Part shown: in pieces, positions 49,845-63,899 of the stretch
How the letters are laid out: every line of letters begins with the position of its first letter
Numbering within the stretch: the stretch's first letter is position 1
Source of the DNA: Squalus acanthias
Taxonomy: Eukaryota
Length of the DNA stretch: 64,000 nucleotides
Assembly (NCBI GenBank): GCA_030390025.1
Contig: CM059432.1
Location: 86,492,001 to 86,556,000 of the forward strand
Direction of reading: 5' to 3'
The notes under the pieces: generated by a model
Databases searched by the model: none
The model's input: the letters and a program-made list of their open reading frames with translations, nothing else
What the model was told of the DNA's origin: nothing
Position numbers and translations under genes: made by a program

Positions 49845-52189
49845 GGTATAAGAACACAGGCTTTAGATTATGGGAGACTGAATCACACATGGAAAGCAAT
49901 GTTTTGCCAAAAATACAAGACAAAAATGTTGGGAAGAAGAACAAACTGGAACAACACTTCTTAGCAAGAATCACTGGATAGTGATCAGGGGCAGGTACCC
50001 TGCTTGATCTTTTCCCTCCCTAATCAGGTCGTGGAGGCAAATTCTAGTGCCCACCACCTGAGATCAGCTTCAAACCTGGGACACTTCTGGTCCACATGGC
50101 TCAGTAGTGCACCATTTGCTGTATTTTCCCAAAATAAGATGACGTTATTTTATTCTCTCTTCAAGAGTCTCAATGTTGCCTGAAGTAGCCTTTAAAACTA
50201 ATATATTGTAAGTGGTACCAGGCAAAGGGAATATATTTCAATTCTCCTACTATACAGAGTAGTAATTTGATGATTTTACTAGAACCCAGAACTTCATGTG
50301 GCTTGCAGCTGACAAACTGATAATCCTAAAGTCCTAATATCAATGTAATTGCTTCAGTTCACATAAGCACTATTGCATCTCAATATTAAATCTATTGTGG
50401 TATCTTTTTATATTGTCCCTCCTCATTATAACATGCAAATTGGGAGGTAGCCAATTTGCCTGCTTTACTCTCGGGCGCACGGTAACCAAGAACCCCTCTG
50501 TAAATCATTCAATGTAAAAGGCATTCATTTGTTTCTATGTCAAAGTGTAGAAAATGTAAAATAAAAACAAGCTCCTCTTCCACATGGCTGGAGTTCTGTC
50601 CTCAGTGGACTAGGACTTCAACTGCATGTTCAAAGATATTTAAAAGGCAGGCTTGCAGCAAAGAAATTAATCATGTGGTACCTCCTCACTTTAATTTTCG
50701 CTTCTTTTCTCACCTCTTGTCCCCAAGGCTAGGGACTCATTCCATAGGTGCTGGCAGTTCTCTGGTACAAAGTGGTCACTGTCAACTTAGTTAGTGGGTG
50801 TCAGTAGGTTATTTCTCCATGAAAGGAATCACAGCCGAACCCTCCCTCTCATCTGATATCTATGCACTTGCGGAGGTTACTATGCAGGGAGCAGAAACAG
50901 GAACTTGGGCTACTTTTTTTTCTTCTCTAGTCCAGGGTGCTCGGGCCATTGTCGTAACTAAAACTGCTTCAGTTGAGATCATCTAACTCAGCATACAGCA
51001 GGAATCAAAGCGGTGATTTTACTAGTCTGTATGGCTCAATAACGCACCATGTGGTGTATGTACCTAATGAGCTATCAAGAAAATCCTCGGGCCCCCAATA
51101 TCCTTTGGTAGACTTCTGCCCTCTCACCTTTGTCAGCATTGCCCAAGTATTTGGTCATGATACCAGAATATTGCGATCTAGACTTTAATGAGCAAATTAT
51201 ACAACATGGTTAGCAGGTAGATTTGGCACCTGTGATACACGAAAAGAAAATACATTTGATAATTTATAGTTAGTAATTAAGACACTAACACTAGATTGCA
51301 CGAGACCATTTATGAAAGAAGATATTTCCACAAATGAAGCCAGTGAAGTTTTTCTTAAACTCCCAATTGATTTTCAACACTCTACAAGTGCCTTGAAAAT
51401 TCTCTGTAATCTGCAGTAAAATGAGAGAAAAGTCACTCTTTTTGATTCTTTTGTGGTCCCAAAGTTCTCTAATTTATGAGAATTGCCCTAAACAATTTAA
51501 TACTGTTGTAAGGGATGTTGCACAATTGCAATCATTTTAATTTCTAACATTGTAATTGTTATCCTTGACCATGATTAACTAGAAGTTTTAAAACAATCCA
51601 TTAACAAGTTGGCAAATGGCAATCAGTTCTGATTCCCTTCCCCAGCGGCTGTGTGCATGACTATTCCCACTTCTCCTTTGCCAACCTTTGATTTATGCTC
51701 CAGCGCCTTCTAATATGCAATTCACTTTAATACAAAATTATTCATTTAAAATATTCCTTTCATCTAAACATATTAGCCCAAATTTTGCAGTAGAAGTAAC
51801 AGTGAGGCTATCAGCGCTCACCATTATTAAGCAGTAAATCGGACAGCAACTTCTGACGTCCGCGCATGCACAGTTAAACACGGATATCAGGGCCGGAATT
51901 TTTACCTTTGCGTTGGGTTGGGTGCATGCGGGCGATGTAGCAGGTCGGGAACGCAATGTTCTGAGCAACGCGCTGCTCAGAGCGACTTTCACTTACTAGC
52001 CCCAATTGAAAGACTCATGCATGTTTCCCGGCCCTATTAAATGGTGCGGGTCTGATGACGTCATCAATGACTCGTTTCCAGCGCCCATATTTAAAGCAGC
52101 CTTGCACTGAGCTCACTTGAAGGTTGCCAGAGGAGGGTAGAAGGTGACAAAAAAGGCCACAGTCGTGTTATAACTTTGGAAGGATAGAT

Positions 52190-53920
52190 AGCCAAAGGCA
52201 GAGGGCTGCACCACGCTTCTCTGATTCATCGCTGCATATGCTGGTGGAGGCTGTCAGAGCACGCAGGGAGGTCCTCTTCCTGCTGATAGGCGAAGGAGAC
52301 CTCCACAAGAAACAAAAAGAACTTGGCTGGATACAGCTGAGGATGTCAGCAGCAGGGATGTGGTGCAGGAAGCGCTTCAATGATCTCATGAGGTCAGGAA
52401 AGGTGAGTGCAATGCCACACTCACCTTCATCCTGATGTGCCTGTCAACACATCCCCATCACTCTGCCTTCCCAAGCCTACTCCTGCACATCATTCCTCAC
52501 ACCAACCCACCTTGCACGTCCACCCATCCCTCTCTCTCTCTATCTACATACTCACATCCCAATCTGACTACCCACCCCTCATGTTCACCCTCATCCTAAT
52601 GCAATCATAGCAAGTAACACCACAGAAGGAGGCTATATGGCATTGGCACCCCACTCCCTCATAGTCACCCTCTACAGATGTAGCCCATCCATTCCTTACA
52701 CTCATTCCAACACTCTCATTCAAACTTCTCTTCTTTCCCTCCTTGCAGGAGAAAAAAGCCCACAACAATAGAGAGAGGGAGAGAACTGGAGGTGGCCCTC
52801 CAGTATTCGCACACCTTACAGCAGCAGAGGAGGGGGCTCTGGAGATCTCGGGAGCTCGAGAGACGCTGATGGTGGGAGACGGAGAGCGGGGGATATCCCA
52901 GCAACCTGGTGACAGAATCACATCTCATAAAGCCACATGGCATACAACAGTCACTCGTATGGTGACTGATGTCAGCAGCCAGTGAAGTGTCATCATTTGC
53001 ATAATGGTAACGTTACCCATTCTTATTATAACACTTCTAATTCATCTCTTTACTCCCCCACAACTCCCCCCGCACTGTCCAGCTGGAGGAGTTAGACGAC
53101 TCCTCAGAGGAACCTCCAGCCTCTGATGGTGCAGCATCAGCAGACCCAAGCACAGCCAGCACCAGCGCAGATACTCACACCTCGGTGGGTCCTTTGCACC
53201 ATAGAGTAAGTTGTCACTTGGTGTCTCACAATTCACAATTGAGCAAGAGCAGGTGGTGTTGACAGGGACAGCAGTGGAGACTCCTCGCCGGAGTGCACAG
53301 GATGCTCCAAGCTCTGTTGAGCTGCGTGCAGGCGCTGAACCTCGGGGGCCATCGAGAAAGAGAGTGATCTTGGAGGGGCAGCAACAACTGCATGAGGCTC
53401 TGGCATCTTTTGCAGCTGCAATGTCTGCAAATGTTCAGAGAATGGAGGAGTCCATCTCCAACATGAGCACCACCATGTCGCAGGTGATGGTGACGATGTG
53501 CTGTTCCATGGAAAGGATGGCCACCTGCATGGAGCAGCAAATGCGCCAGTCACATGAGCACATGTTAGTTGTGGACAACAGATGGTAGGCGCTCACAGAC
53601 TTCCTCTCAAGGAGGGATGTAAACATTGACTTGGGCCTTCATCGCCCCACTGCTGTGCAGCAAGGTGCTCTCCAGCTCCTTGCTAGCAGCTCATGAGAGG
53701 GATGATGGTGAGAGGGGACATGGAAGTGGGGGCTCTTCTCAAAACACTCCCACTTCTCCCCCCATTGTTTCCCCCTCAGTCAGAGCCCCACATGCTTCCT
53801 CGGATCGCGATGGCCAAGTCTGCCCCTCCACAGTCGCAGGAGGAGCAGACTTTGGCGGGGCCATCACATGCTCCAAAACCCAGAGGATGTCCACCAAAAG
53901 TGTCCACGCAGTCGCACTGA
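52190..53920 (+). pseudogene. Harbinger Myb/SANT-like DNA-binding protein gene, intron-containing and disrupted
   Basis: RAAPRFSDSSLHMLVEAVRARREVLF...CRKRFNDLMRSGK|gtgagt, then ttgcag|EKKAHNNRERERTGGGPP, then a coiled-coil exon (QRMEESISNM). Confidence 0.82.
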
Positions 53921-54279
53921 AACCACAAGGATTGCACCTCCTAGGAGCATCGAAAAAGAAAATTGGAACAAAAGTAGATGCACAAGGATATGCACGTGGG
54001 TGTATCAAAAAATGTTAGTGCTAAGTTTCAGTTGCTTTGACTGTGCACAGAAATGATTTTCTTTGCATCACTTTCAGGTCTTGTCCATTTTTGCCTCAAA
54101 CCTTGGAAGTGACTTTGTCACTTGGATTGAATGGTGAGATATTATTTAACCTCGAGCACTGGGGCTTTAAGTGAGAGCAATGGATTGGTCATTGTAGGGA
54201 TGCTTTATGGTGTTGTTGGGGGGCGGGGGGGGGGAACTTAGTAGAGCATGTGGCAGGCATGTGGCTGCATTGGAGCAAG

Positions 54280-55493
54280 TTAAATAAATCTGGCCATGAT
54301 GAGGCCATCCCAGGCAGCAATGTGCGCCGCTGCTGTTGCTATCTCCACCTCAGGTTCCTCCTCCTCTTCCACTTGCTCGTCCTCCTCCTCCTCTGAAGAG
54401 GCTGTGTGCTGTGTGCCATGCTCCTCCTACAGTTCCAATCCTCACTGCTGCGCTAAGTTGTGCAGCGCGCAGCAAACGACGATGATTCTGGAGACCCTGG
54501 CTGGTGCGTACTGAAGGGCTCCCCCAGATTTGTCAAGGCATCTGAAGCGCATCTTCAGCATACCTATGCTTGCTCTATGACACATCTGGTGGAGATGTGG
54601 CTCTTATTATAACGTTCCTCGGCCTCAGTACTTGGCCTCCTCAGGGGTGTCATGAGCCATGTCTTTGGTGGATAGCCCTTGTCTCCAAGCAGCCAGCCGG
54701 GAAGTCTATTTGGAGGACCAAAGAGCTGAGGGAGGGCGGACTGGTGCAGAACGAAAGAGTCATGACAGCTGCCAGGGAATCTGGTGCACACATGCATGAT
54801 GATCTTTTTATGATTGCAGACGAGCTGCACATTGAGGAGGTGGAAGCGCTTGCGGTTCACAAACACTCCTGGATGATGATGGGGTGCCTTGATGGCCACA
54901 TGTGTGCTGTCGATGACGCCCTGCACCTGTGGGAAGTCAGCCAGAGCTGCAAAGCTGAGCGCCCGCTCAGTAACACAGGCCTCATCAGTGGCAAAGTTGA
55001 TATAATTGGCTGACTTGTGAAACATGGCATTGGTCACCTGGGTGATGCATCTGTGGTCGGCGGACTGCGAGATCCTGCAAGTGTCTGCTGCAGATCCCTG
55101 GAAGGAGCCTGATGTGAAGAAGTTGAGGGCGGTGGTGACTTTGACAGCCATTGGTAAGGAGTATCCACCAGATCGACTGGGCAGCAGGTCTTGTTCCAGC
55201 AAGCTACAAATATCTGCGATGACCTGGCGTGATAGTCTGAGCCTCCTTTGGCACTGCTGCTCAGTCATGTTGAGGAAGCTCATCCTCTGCCTGTATACCC
55301 TGTGTTGGGGGTATCACTTCCGGGGTGGTGCAGCCCTGTGCTGATCCCCTCTCTTCTGTGGAGCATCAGGTCGTTGAGGAGAAGACTGGTGTTGTGGTTG
55401 CTGCTGGTGTGGCTGCTGCTTGTGTTGTTGGTGGTGGGGCTCATCTTGGTCCGATTCTGAGGACCAAGGTAAGACAGTATAAGCGGTACCCAT
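54280..55493 (-). pseudogene. Harbinger (HARBI1-like DDE) transposase, disrupted
   Basis: [35 protein letters not shown] motifs. In-frame stop at 55314-55316 and frameshift near 54566. Confidence 0.93.
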
Positions 55494-56298
55494 GCTGTAG
55501 TGATTCGAGGGCCAATCCCTCAATGTTCTAATACTGACTAGCAATGTGCTGAGAGTGGTTTCCGAGGTTGCAGAAATGACCCGCAAACTCCAGAAACCTA
55601 AATCTGTGCACAAAATGGAGTCAGCAAGAGCCTTTCCCTTAGGCAACTAATGAGATGTAAAGTGTGTGTATTTATGTGGTATTCCCAGCTGTCAATTATT
55701 GTCCTCGCACAATGGCCATTGAGCTTCCGCCTCCCCTTCACAGGCAAGGTTCCCGAGCTGCGTGCGGCCCGTGTTCATGCCGTTAAATTCAGAAGCTGCA
55801 GTTAAAAACCCTCTTAAAGGTCTGATAACAAGCAGTTAATGAGTTGAATTAGGTCACCTGCCTCTGTGGATCGGCTCCGTGGCAGCTGGGAAACACGCTC
55901 GAGTTAAAGGCGCGAAGGGTTCCCGACGTGCTGCCTATTTCCGCAATTTTTACAGCCGACCCACCTCCAAACCCGCATACACGGCAACGGGAAAATTCCG
56001 GCCCAGGAAGTTGCTGTCTGAGTTGCCCTGCTCCTCCAGAAATTTCGCTATAACTGTATCTCGCCAAGAGACTCGGCATTCAAATACATGAAGGGCATGA
56101 AGTTGCAGTACTTACCCACTAGATACCCACTAAACACGCCAGAAAAAGTTAGGGCTTGCCCATTCATGTATAAGTGAATTGTTAACGATGTGATAAGTCT
56201 TAATTACTGCCAAACAACCTCCACAAGTATGGAGTCTCATTCCTTCATATTTTAATTATTGTTCGAGATTTAAAAAAATTAAAAAATTAAAATATAAA

Positions 56299-56992
56299 GG
56301 CTCTGAGTACGTCATCGTATTCCCTTTGAAAAGCCCCGCAACTTCCGGATTTCCGCATGCGCTTTGACAGATCATCCGAACCGCCTGAAAACTGAGTATT
56401 GCTGGCGCAGAGTTCGGCTATTTTCCTAACAACTGTCCAGCAATTGCCCATACAACTGACGACTGGTAAAAGCAGGTGTAGGACCTGCTTGCATCAGCAT
56501 AAGGGTATATATAAGACTTAAATAAAACATTTAAAAATCCAAAATTATGCACATACACTTGAAATGAGTTTTTGCAAATATTGGCCCAGATTAGGATGTT
56601 TAAAATTATTTATCAAAAAATTAATTTTTTATTGAGGTTGGTGCAATGAAGGAACTTATGAATAAAATTGCAATTCAGTACATTGTATAATTATTAGAAT
56701 TCAGTACATTGTATAATTGTTTGGGGATTCCATTGCATATCATTAGGGGATTCCCTTCGTAAATGATTGCAATGGAATTCTCCTTTGTTATTGGAGGACC
56801 AGGCCCACATGATCCCAGGGATGCTTCCGAACTGCCTGCGTCCCTGGGATCCATGGGCCTTTACGCTGCCGTCCGCCTGGAGGCCTGAGATTGCAACTCT
56901 TCACAGCCTGGGCATCAGGAGGTACTTTCGGAATAGTTTCGCGGCTCGGAGGCGTACTCTGGAGGTATGCCTCCGATCACAATTTCTCGGCC
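56299..56992. mobile_element. Further CpG-rich DNA transposon fragment nested in the host element
   Basis: Abrupt compositional change, ends CAATTTCTCGGCC like the other Harbinger-type termini. The left end is unclear. Confidence 0.4.
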
Positions 56993-58264
56993 AATTTTTT
57001 TTTTACTCTTCTTTCTGTCTCTTTTATTTCTCTCTCCTAATCCCATCTTTCTTTCCCTCTCTTTATTTCTCTTTCTGTACATGATTTGACGTTGAATTAA
57101 CTATTCTAACTTACATTTCCTGGTCTAGACTCTGCATGGCTCAGTTAGGATTCTTCAATCTGATTGGTTAAGACTACACACCGTTGCTTGCCCTGTTCAC
57201 ACAGGTCCCAGATTCCCTGTAGAGGGCTCTGCGCTGTTTGACTCTCTAATTACCGCATGTTCCACTGCAAAAGCCCACAAAAGGTCTGTGGGCAAATATA
57301 AGTGTAATGAACAGCTAGCTCTGTTCGTTCGCCGCTGACTGCAAAATCCAGATTAATGTTTAATATGATGGAAAACTGGTAGCAGAGGTTACTGGGATAA
57401 AATCCATACTGAGCCAGGCATATTACTTACTTACTCTTGAGATGTTAAACCCAAATCTCTTAGTGGTTTTATATGCAATAATGAATGAGAACCTGTGCAA
57501 CATAAACGGTTTACCACAACGTTATTATTTTACCACAATGTAAAACAGAATGGTAAAACAATGGTGCAGTAAAAGTGCCTTTACAGTTGACTCCTGTTAA
57601 TTTGAAATTGTTTTTGCTTGACCAAAGATTACGTTGTCCAGTAATTCGAATTATGCAATTTATTAAAATACAGGAGGCATTTTGCGCTAAATAACAGTTG
57701 AATCTATAGATAATTCAAATTACACAACTCTGAATTAAGAGAAGTAGACTGTATATGCACACTTTTAAGTTAATTCTTACCATGATATTCTATCATTTTC
57801 ACTAATTTATAAGCCAGAAAAAGTATGTTTTAATATAAAACATTAAAAATGAAAATCTATAACTGTAGCTAAATGTTTTCCATCTGAGTTTAAATTTAGA
57901 ATGGTAATTTGTCACACTGACAGCAGGCAAGAACTTTATGTAGGTGCATGTTGATGACACAATTAGGAATCTAAAGTCAACATTCTTAGTTTACCAGGGT
58001 TTTATGGTGTTGCAGTAACTAATTATATTGTTTATACTGATTCAACAGTAATCAGATTACTGGAAAACCACTGTTCTATGTCATATATCCTACACTTAAC
58101 CTTACTGGGCTCTGATCATTTTACTTTTCAGTTTAAAACTTTGTAGCCACTGTGGCTAAGGATCATTTAAACATTTTAGCCAACCGGAGGAAAAATTGTA
58201 ACAAAGCTTCAATTGAATTTCTTACAGTATAAATTTTCTAAAAGAAACTATCATAATTGTAAAT

Positions 58265-58690
58265 GCTGGCTCTTTTGATGGCTTAGTTTGTTAAAGAGAC
58301 TGTGCTGTGTAATACTATGCCATACAAACAAATGTTTCAGATTTGATTTATGGTCCATGCTGAGTCAGCTTCTCTCAGGTGGGATGCAACAGTTGGCCTC
58401 AAAAGCCCTGGGATAGGAAGGCGAAAAGTAAAATCAGTTAACATTCCTACTCTAATTGCTATCTGAGAACTCCAGCTAGAAGGTACATATGTTTGTATGT
58501 TGGGTGAGGAAAGGATAAGGCTTGCTTGTGATGCCCTCTATGGTTGAATAGCCTGCTGACATTGATAGTTTGGCTTACAAATAATAACAGTTGGACTAGA
58601 TACTGGAGGGCTACAGGCACCGTGGAACTTTATGCAGCAGGAGTCAGTGCCTTCATGTGAGTGGAGGAAAGAGAAGAGAAAGGAGTAAAA
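58265..58690 (+). mobile_element. Ancient tRNA-headed SINE-like repeat. Related fragments near 3150-3260, 4140-4200, 10650-10780, 10940-11120, 11170-11420 and 50740-51060
   Basis: Recurrent motifs TGTGATGC...AATAGCC, GAGTTAGCTGATCTCAG and CAGCA.GAGTCAG.GCCTTC at several loci. Confidence 0.6.
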
Positions 58691-59235
58691 CTGCATTTGT
58701 AAATAAATTAATGCTTTTCCTTTGTTTACACAGTGTGATTAGTTTAATAGTCCAAGTGAGGAATTAGTCAGGCTGTTTCAATCAAAGATAAGCCATGGCA
58801 CAAACAAACCTTTGTCTTTCTTTGAAGGGTCGGTGAGCTGATTTTACCTTGCAATATTTTGGATTTGATTTTCCTGAAATACTTTACAAATTTGCTTATA
58901 TATCAGCAACTCTGATCCAAGTTCACATTATATAGTTATGGAGTTTACAGTGATTTTCAAAGTGTTTCTCAATTTCAACTTTTTGAAACTTACAATCCCT
59001 TTTAAAGCTGATCTGAGAAAGAAAAAACGTACAGGAAAATGACACATACAGTGGTTATGTTTGGTAAGTCTGGACTTAACCTGTTAACACTAAAAATACT
59101 TCATAATTGGATACATAGGTGTCCTATCAATTTTGGAAAATAAATGTGATTATGGAAAATTATATGTATGGTTCCAAATACTGTAATTTAAAAAAAGAGA
59201 AATAATTAACCATTAAACAGTTTCACTTTCCCCAC

Positions 59236-59527
59236 CTGAAAACCTTGAATTCTGGCTAAGTACTCTAGCTGCTGAGAGGGCTGTACTGCTGAACAGGGGG
59301 AAGCAGGTGCTTTTCCTTTCAAGCTTATAGCTTCTGCAGTCGGGGATGTCCCATTCAACAGAAGCTCCCTCGCAATGGTTGCTGTGTTGCTGGTGGTGCT
59401 GAAGAATGAACTACAACCTTGGTTTATTTCTTTAGATGTCAAATAGTTCATTGCAGGAGCTGCCTTGTTACGACTTGCTTCCATCTCTTGGTAAACATCA
59501 GGGGAGAGGTGGAGAATTCCCTTCTGG
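59236..59527 (-). CDS. STAU2: Staufen homolog 2, internal coding exon (292 nt; region after dsRBD4, Staufen-swapping motif and start of dsRBD5)
   Basis: Minus-strand translation QKGILHLSPDVYQEMEASRNK...TATIARELLLNGTSPTAEAISLKG...VQPSQQLEYLARIQGFQ matches vertebrate STAU2 as I recall it. Acceptor ctttcatttacag and donor CAG|gtgggg. Confidence 0.95.
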
Positions 59528-60015
59528 CTGTAAATGAAAGAAGATAATAGTCATATTATTACATTCTTTATTTTCTACAAGGAGTTTTACTATAATGTTA
59601 CTGTATTTTGGGTAATTGTCTTTGCGGATTTATCAACAGCAACTAAATACAAAAAAAATCTGAAATATAGCAACTACTGTAGCAAACACCTGGATAACTT
59701 AAAATTCTATAGCGTAAATTTACCCTAATTTAAAAAAATCTTGGAATGAAAAAGTAATTTGCAGTTTGAACTTGTAATTTGCTCCAATATATCTTTACTC
59801 TGTGATTTCAGTAAATGTATGTTGTGTCTTACACATTTATGGTTAACTACACTGGATATTGCACTTAATCTGTCTTCCTGAAGTGCTGAAATATCACTTG
59901 ATCTAGTGGCAAATGAAGACATTTGTAATACTGCCTATTCTACTTCATATACTGTTAATCTTACTACAGATGCTAGCTCTCTATCACATTTTGATTTTAA
60001 GCATTTAAATATGAT

Positions 60016-60161
60016 GGGGATAATTTTCACCGTCACCACTTGGGCAGTAAAACAGCAGAGCGGATTACCCACCTATTTTAGAACCCGCCCAATTTTCATC
60101 CCATTGATTTTAATACGATGAAAAGCGATATTGCCCAAGCGGTGAAGATGAAAATACCTCC
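60016..60161. mobile_element. Small palindromic MITE
   Basis: ~33-bp imperfect TIRs GGGGATAATTTTCACCGTCACCACTTGGGCA and TGCCCAAGCGGTGAAGATGAAAATACCTCC. Confidence 0.75.
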
Positions 60162-63100
60162 TTAGTATTCCTTAACTGATGTTGCGGCTAGGACTACTAA
60201 TATTGCAATTCTACCACCACGAATTTGCCAATTTAAAATTAATCGATAATTAATTTCAAGTAGGTTATCGCTCCATATCTCTGTGATCATTGTTTATGGT
60301 CTGCCTTATTGAAAGTCCCTGCAAATATTAGTTAAAGACTGAATCCAGGTGCTTTATTATTCCCCCTTCCAGGTCTCTGCGGAGTATGGGATAATGACTA
60401 GCCTGTAACCAGCCTCTAAAAAGATTAGTAATCCAATGCTGCAGACCAGATGAGCTGTAAGGGGATCATTTGCCCTGTGTCAGTTCAGCACATGTAGCCC
60501 ACTCCATTCAATACTTTAGGAAAAGGATGTATGCAGGGCCAATCAGCCAGGTGCTCATCAGTGATAGCACTTAACCATAGTCACCCTCCCTGTTAAAAAT
60601 ATTACATTTAATAAAGTATACTGCTTTATTGTAGAATCTTTTATTGATTTACATGGAAACAAAGCTTCATGCATAATTAAATTTGGCCAATAAATGTGGC
60701 TCCACACCTTTTTGGAAACAGTGCAATGGACTAAATTAATTGAAAACAGAATTTAATAGCATATATGTATGCACTTTCTAACATCACAAAGATACAGATA
60801 AAAAGTTTACACCACAAGTTTAGCATTAGGAACAAGAAACAATTTCAAAATTTAACCTTAACTAATTCAATATAAGTAACAGGTACTGCACAAATTGCTA
60901 CCACATGAAGCACTGCAGCCATCTAACCTGTTACTGGGTTACTAAAGCAACAACTAAAAGTTAGGAATATTTCTAAAGTTCTGTTTATAGCAGAAAAGAT
61001 TGCTCTGTAGAAAAACAGTAATACTGACTATACTTGAAAGAACTTTGAGGGGAGGTGGCCATTAACTGCATGTAGAGAAATGTGCTAAAAGTTTCACCTA
61101 TACCATGTGACTATCTTTTTCACTATCATGTGCTAACATTACTAAGGTCACTCAGTCTGTTTTTCACCTACAACAAATGTCTTTTTTACACTGGGGCAGA
61201 CGATGCTATCACTTTCATGCTGTCAACTTGTTGATCTGGAGAGGTACTTCAGAAAATGTGACAATCAGGCAACAAACATGACTGATCCTTATTGTGCAAC
61301 TTACATACCTACTTTTGCTTATCAAGTGATAAAGACAACTGAAATTAGTTTTCCCGGGCATGCCAAGTCTAATGCTCTTCCGCTTCTTCTCATGCCCTTC
61401 AGATTATTTTTCTCACACATTTACTAAACAAAACCCAATTGCAACACAGTGTTTCTTAATTATTGCCTTGGAGAGTTTTGACCTTGTGAATACTTGTGAA
61501 ATAAAACTTGATATAATGCTTAAATATTTGTAGCAACTTAAAGGAAATAACTTTTTTGTGTCTAGGTTTGGGTTCTTGCACCTCAGAGTTCAGGTCTAAT
61601 TTTGTATATTTATACTTGTTTCAGATGGAACTTCATGTCTGTTCTTCACAAGGCACTGACTGGGCTTATGTAGTAAGAACATTAAGACTTACATAGACCT
61701 AAAGTTTCATAACCCTACAATTTTGTTGTTGCTCAAATGACTATTAAATAGAGAATTGAGTTAATCTAACTTGCGAATGGTCTTCCTCATTTTTGAATGT
61801 AGTTGAACATGTATATACACTTTGGGACTCTTCACTTTAAGAATTTTGTGCCATTGTGTGACAATATTGATTAGGTGGTCTTTTACGAATAACATCCTTA
61901 ACTTTTTTGATCTGAAAAAGAAATCGAGTCAACCCGAGTAGGAGCAGCAGGAAACTGCAAACATATACACCGATAGCAATAACTCCAAGTAGCACTCAGT
62001 CAGAAAAGGAATCAATAGGTAGGTTACGTGAGAGCTTTATATGTAGAGGTTGAACAGAAGGCAAGTCCAAATCTACGGTAAGTAATCTAATGTTCTTCCT
62101 CATTCATGCAATCTCTATATACAAAGTAGTACAAAAACTGGAGAAGGGACTCATAAATGTTGGGACCGGCTTACAGAGCTCTCTGAGTTGTCACATCACA
62201 ACAACAGTACTTAGTGAAAACATCAGAGTCACTCTAACAGCTGCGTTACAGAAAGAATAGAGAAAAACCCTCCACATGCTGACCCAGAAAGAGCCTATGG
62301 CATGGTAAGAATGGGATATAATGTTTCCAAGTGGTTTCTGGCCAACTAAGAAACAACACAAGGAGATAACTTTTACTAGCCTATTCATTTAACTCTATTT
62401 AGTATGGTTTTCTTCCCATAGGAAACAAACAATTATCTTTGGTGTAAATATTCTTAGTTTTATTCATATAGAAATCTAAAACTCATCAATAAAGTGATGC
62501 TTTCTTTAGGTAGAAGAAATGAGAGGCAGAAGATTCAGCACTGTAATTTCCTGTGATAAAATAAGTTAAAATACAAGTTTTAAGAAGAATGTCTTATGTT
62601 GTCTTATCACTTTCTGATCGAGTGCCAAACAAAATAGTGAACCTACCTTACCAAACACATGAAGTTGACTAAACCTGCATGCCAAAATAATCTCAAGTAG
62701 AAGAAACTTATGGTTGTAAGAAACCATAGAGCAGATTTTCTGATATAGCTGCAATTTACAACCTAATGGTTAGATAAGGTGCAGATTTGAACGCATGGAG
62801 GGAGAAGACTAATGGTGGGAGTGGATTACTGCATGTAGGTGCAGGCATGACTCTGTAGGCAAATGACAATGCAGCCCAGCACCTGTCCCCATTTGGTGGC
62901 TGTTGAAGTGGAGGCAATACTGCCTGAGATGGTTGTAAGAAAATTGGCCCTCCTCGCCACTCCACAACACTATCCCCATTGGTCAGCATTGCAGCAAAAA
63001 TATGTGACCAACTGGGTCCCTAGGAAATTTTTTTTTTTTTTTTAAATGTATTTGAAATCACCTGCATTGCCTAGCGCAATCAATTAGGCATACAGGCCCT

Positions 63101-63899
63101 TCATTTTATAATCCTCACTTCCTTAGCAATGCTGGATGGCAGGAATGCAATGGCAATCCTGACAGCCTGCATTGCTAAGGTGCGAATGATATGAAATATG
63201 CCGCATGACGCTTTCCTGTTGTTACCCTATAATTTGCATTCTGCTGCCCAAATATGGGCGGACTTATTCAATGTCCACTATCACATCAGGCAGAAAATCC
63301 CAGATGTGGCAGAAAATCCAAGTGGAACAGCTCCATGCCATAATTCCTGAAACAGGTGTAAATACAGAGGAAATTTTTCTCACAAAGATGGGTGGTATGC
63401 AGAAATAACTGCCTCTTGGTAATCTAGATATTGGGTTGTAATTAGGAAGTGTAAACAAAACAGACTTAAGGTTCAATGTTAGAAAGACTCCATTACGAAT
63501 ACATAGTTCTCACATTTCACCTCCCATCAGCATCCAGTGTTCACAAACAGTCTGTCCATAGTGGTATGCTTTTAGTATCTTTTACTTGTATCTGAACAAT
63601 TGGATTATCATAGCTGCATTTTAATTCTATGCATCAAAAACTGTCTGATGAATCTTGAGCCTTTTAGAGAGTTAGGCTAAAAACAAAATCCCTTACAGGA
63701 ACTTAGAAGCCTGTCCACTTTCTTTCTACCACCAGAATGCTTCAGGATTATACATCTAATATACATTCATCACCTAGCACAAAATAGCTTAACTCTACAT
63801 TTGTGTCCTCCAAGCAGCTACATTCATGGTACTTCATAGTACAGTTTTTCACTGGACTACTGCTATTAATCCGTTTTGCATATTTGTCCATGAAACACT

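Larger units (their letters stand above)
51891..55983. mobile_element. Full-length (decayed) PIF/Harbinger DNA transposon
   Basis: Perfect 12-bp TIR GGCCGGAATTTT and AAAATTCCGGCC, TSD CAG, convergent Myb/SANT and DDE transposase genes. Confidence 0.93.
51776..57352. mobile_element. Older non-autonomous TIR element hosting the Harbinger insertion
   Basis: Ends share ATTTTGCAGT and ACTGCAAAAT. The internal inverted pair GACAGCAACTTC (51842) and GAAGTTGCTGTC (55987) is split by the Harbinger. Confidence 0.6.

Noticed and set aside
54564..55283. Possible host HARBI1 gene
   Set aside because: It has an in-frame stop and a frameshift, and sits between TIRs with a Myb partner, so it is a transposon copy rather than the domesticated gene.
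56672..56718. 21-bp tandem duplication AATTCAGTACATTGTATAATT (a similar short one lies near 2542-2572)
   Set aside because: Ordinary slippage-type micro-duplications with no further structure.
61835..61960. Possible extra STAU2 exon after minus-strand acceptor-like sites (tttgcag, tctttttcag)
   Set aside because: The translations do not resemble STAU2, they hit stops, and no convincing donor follows.
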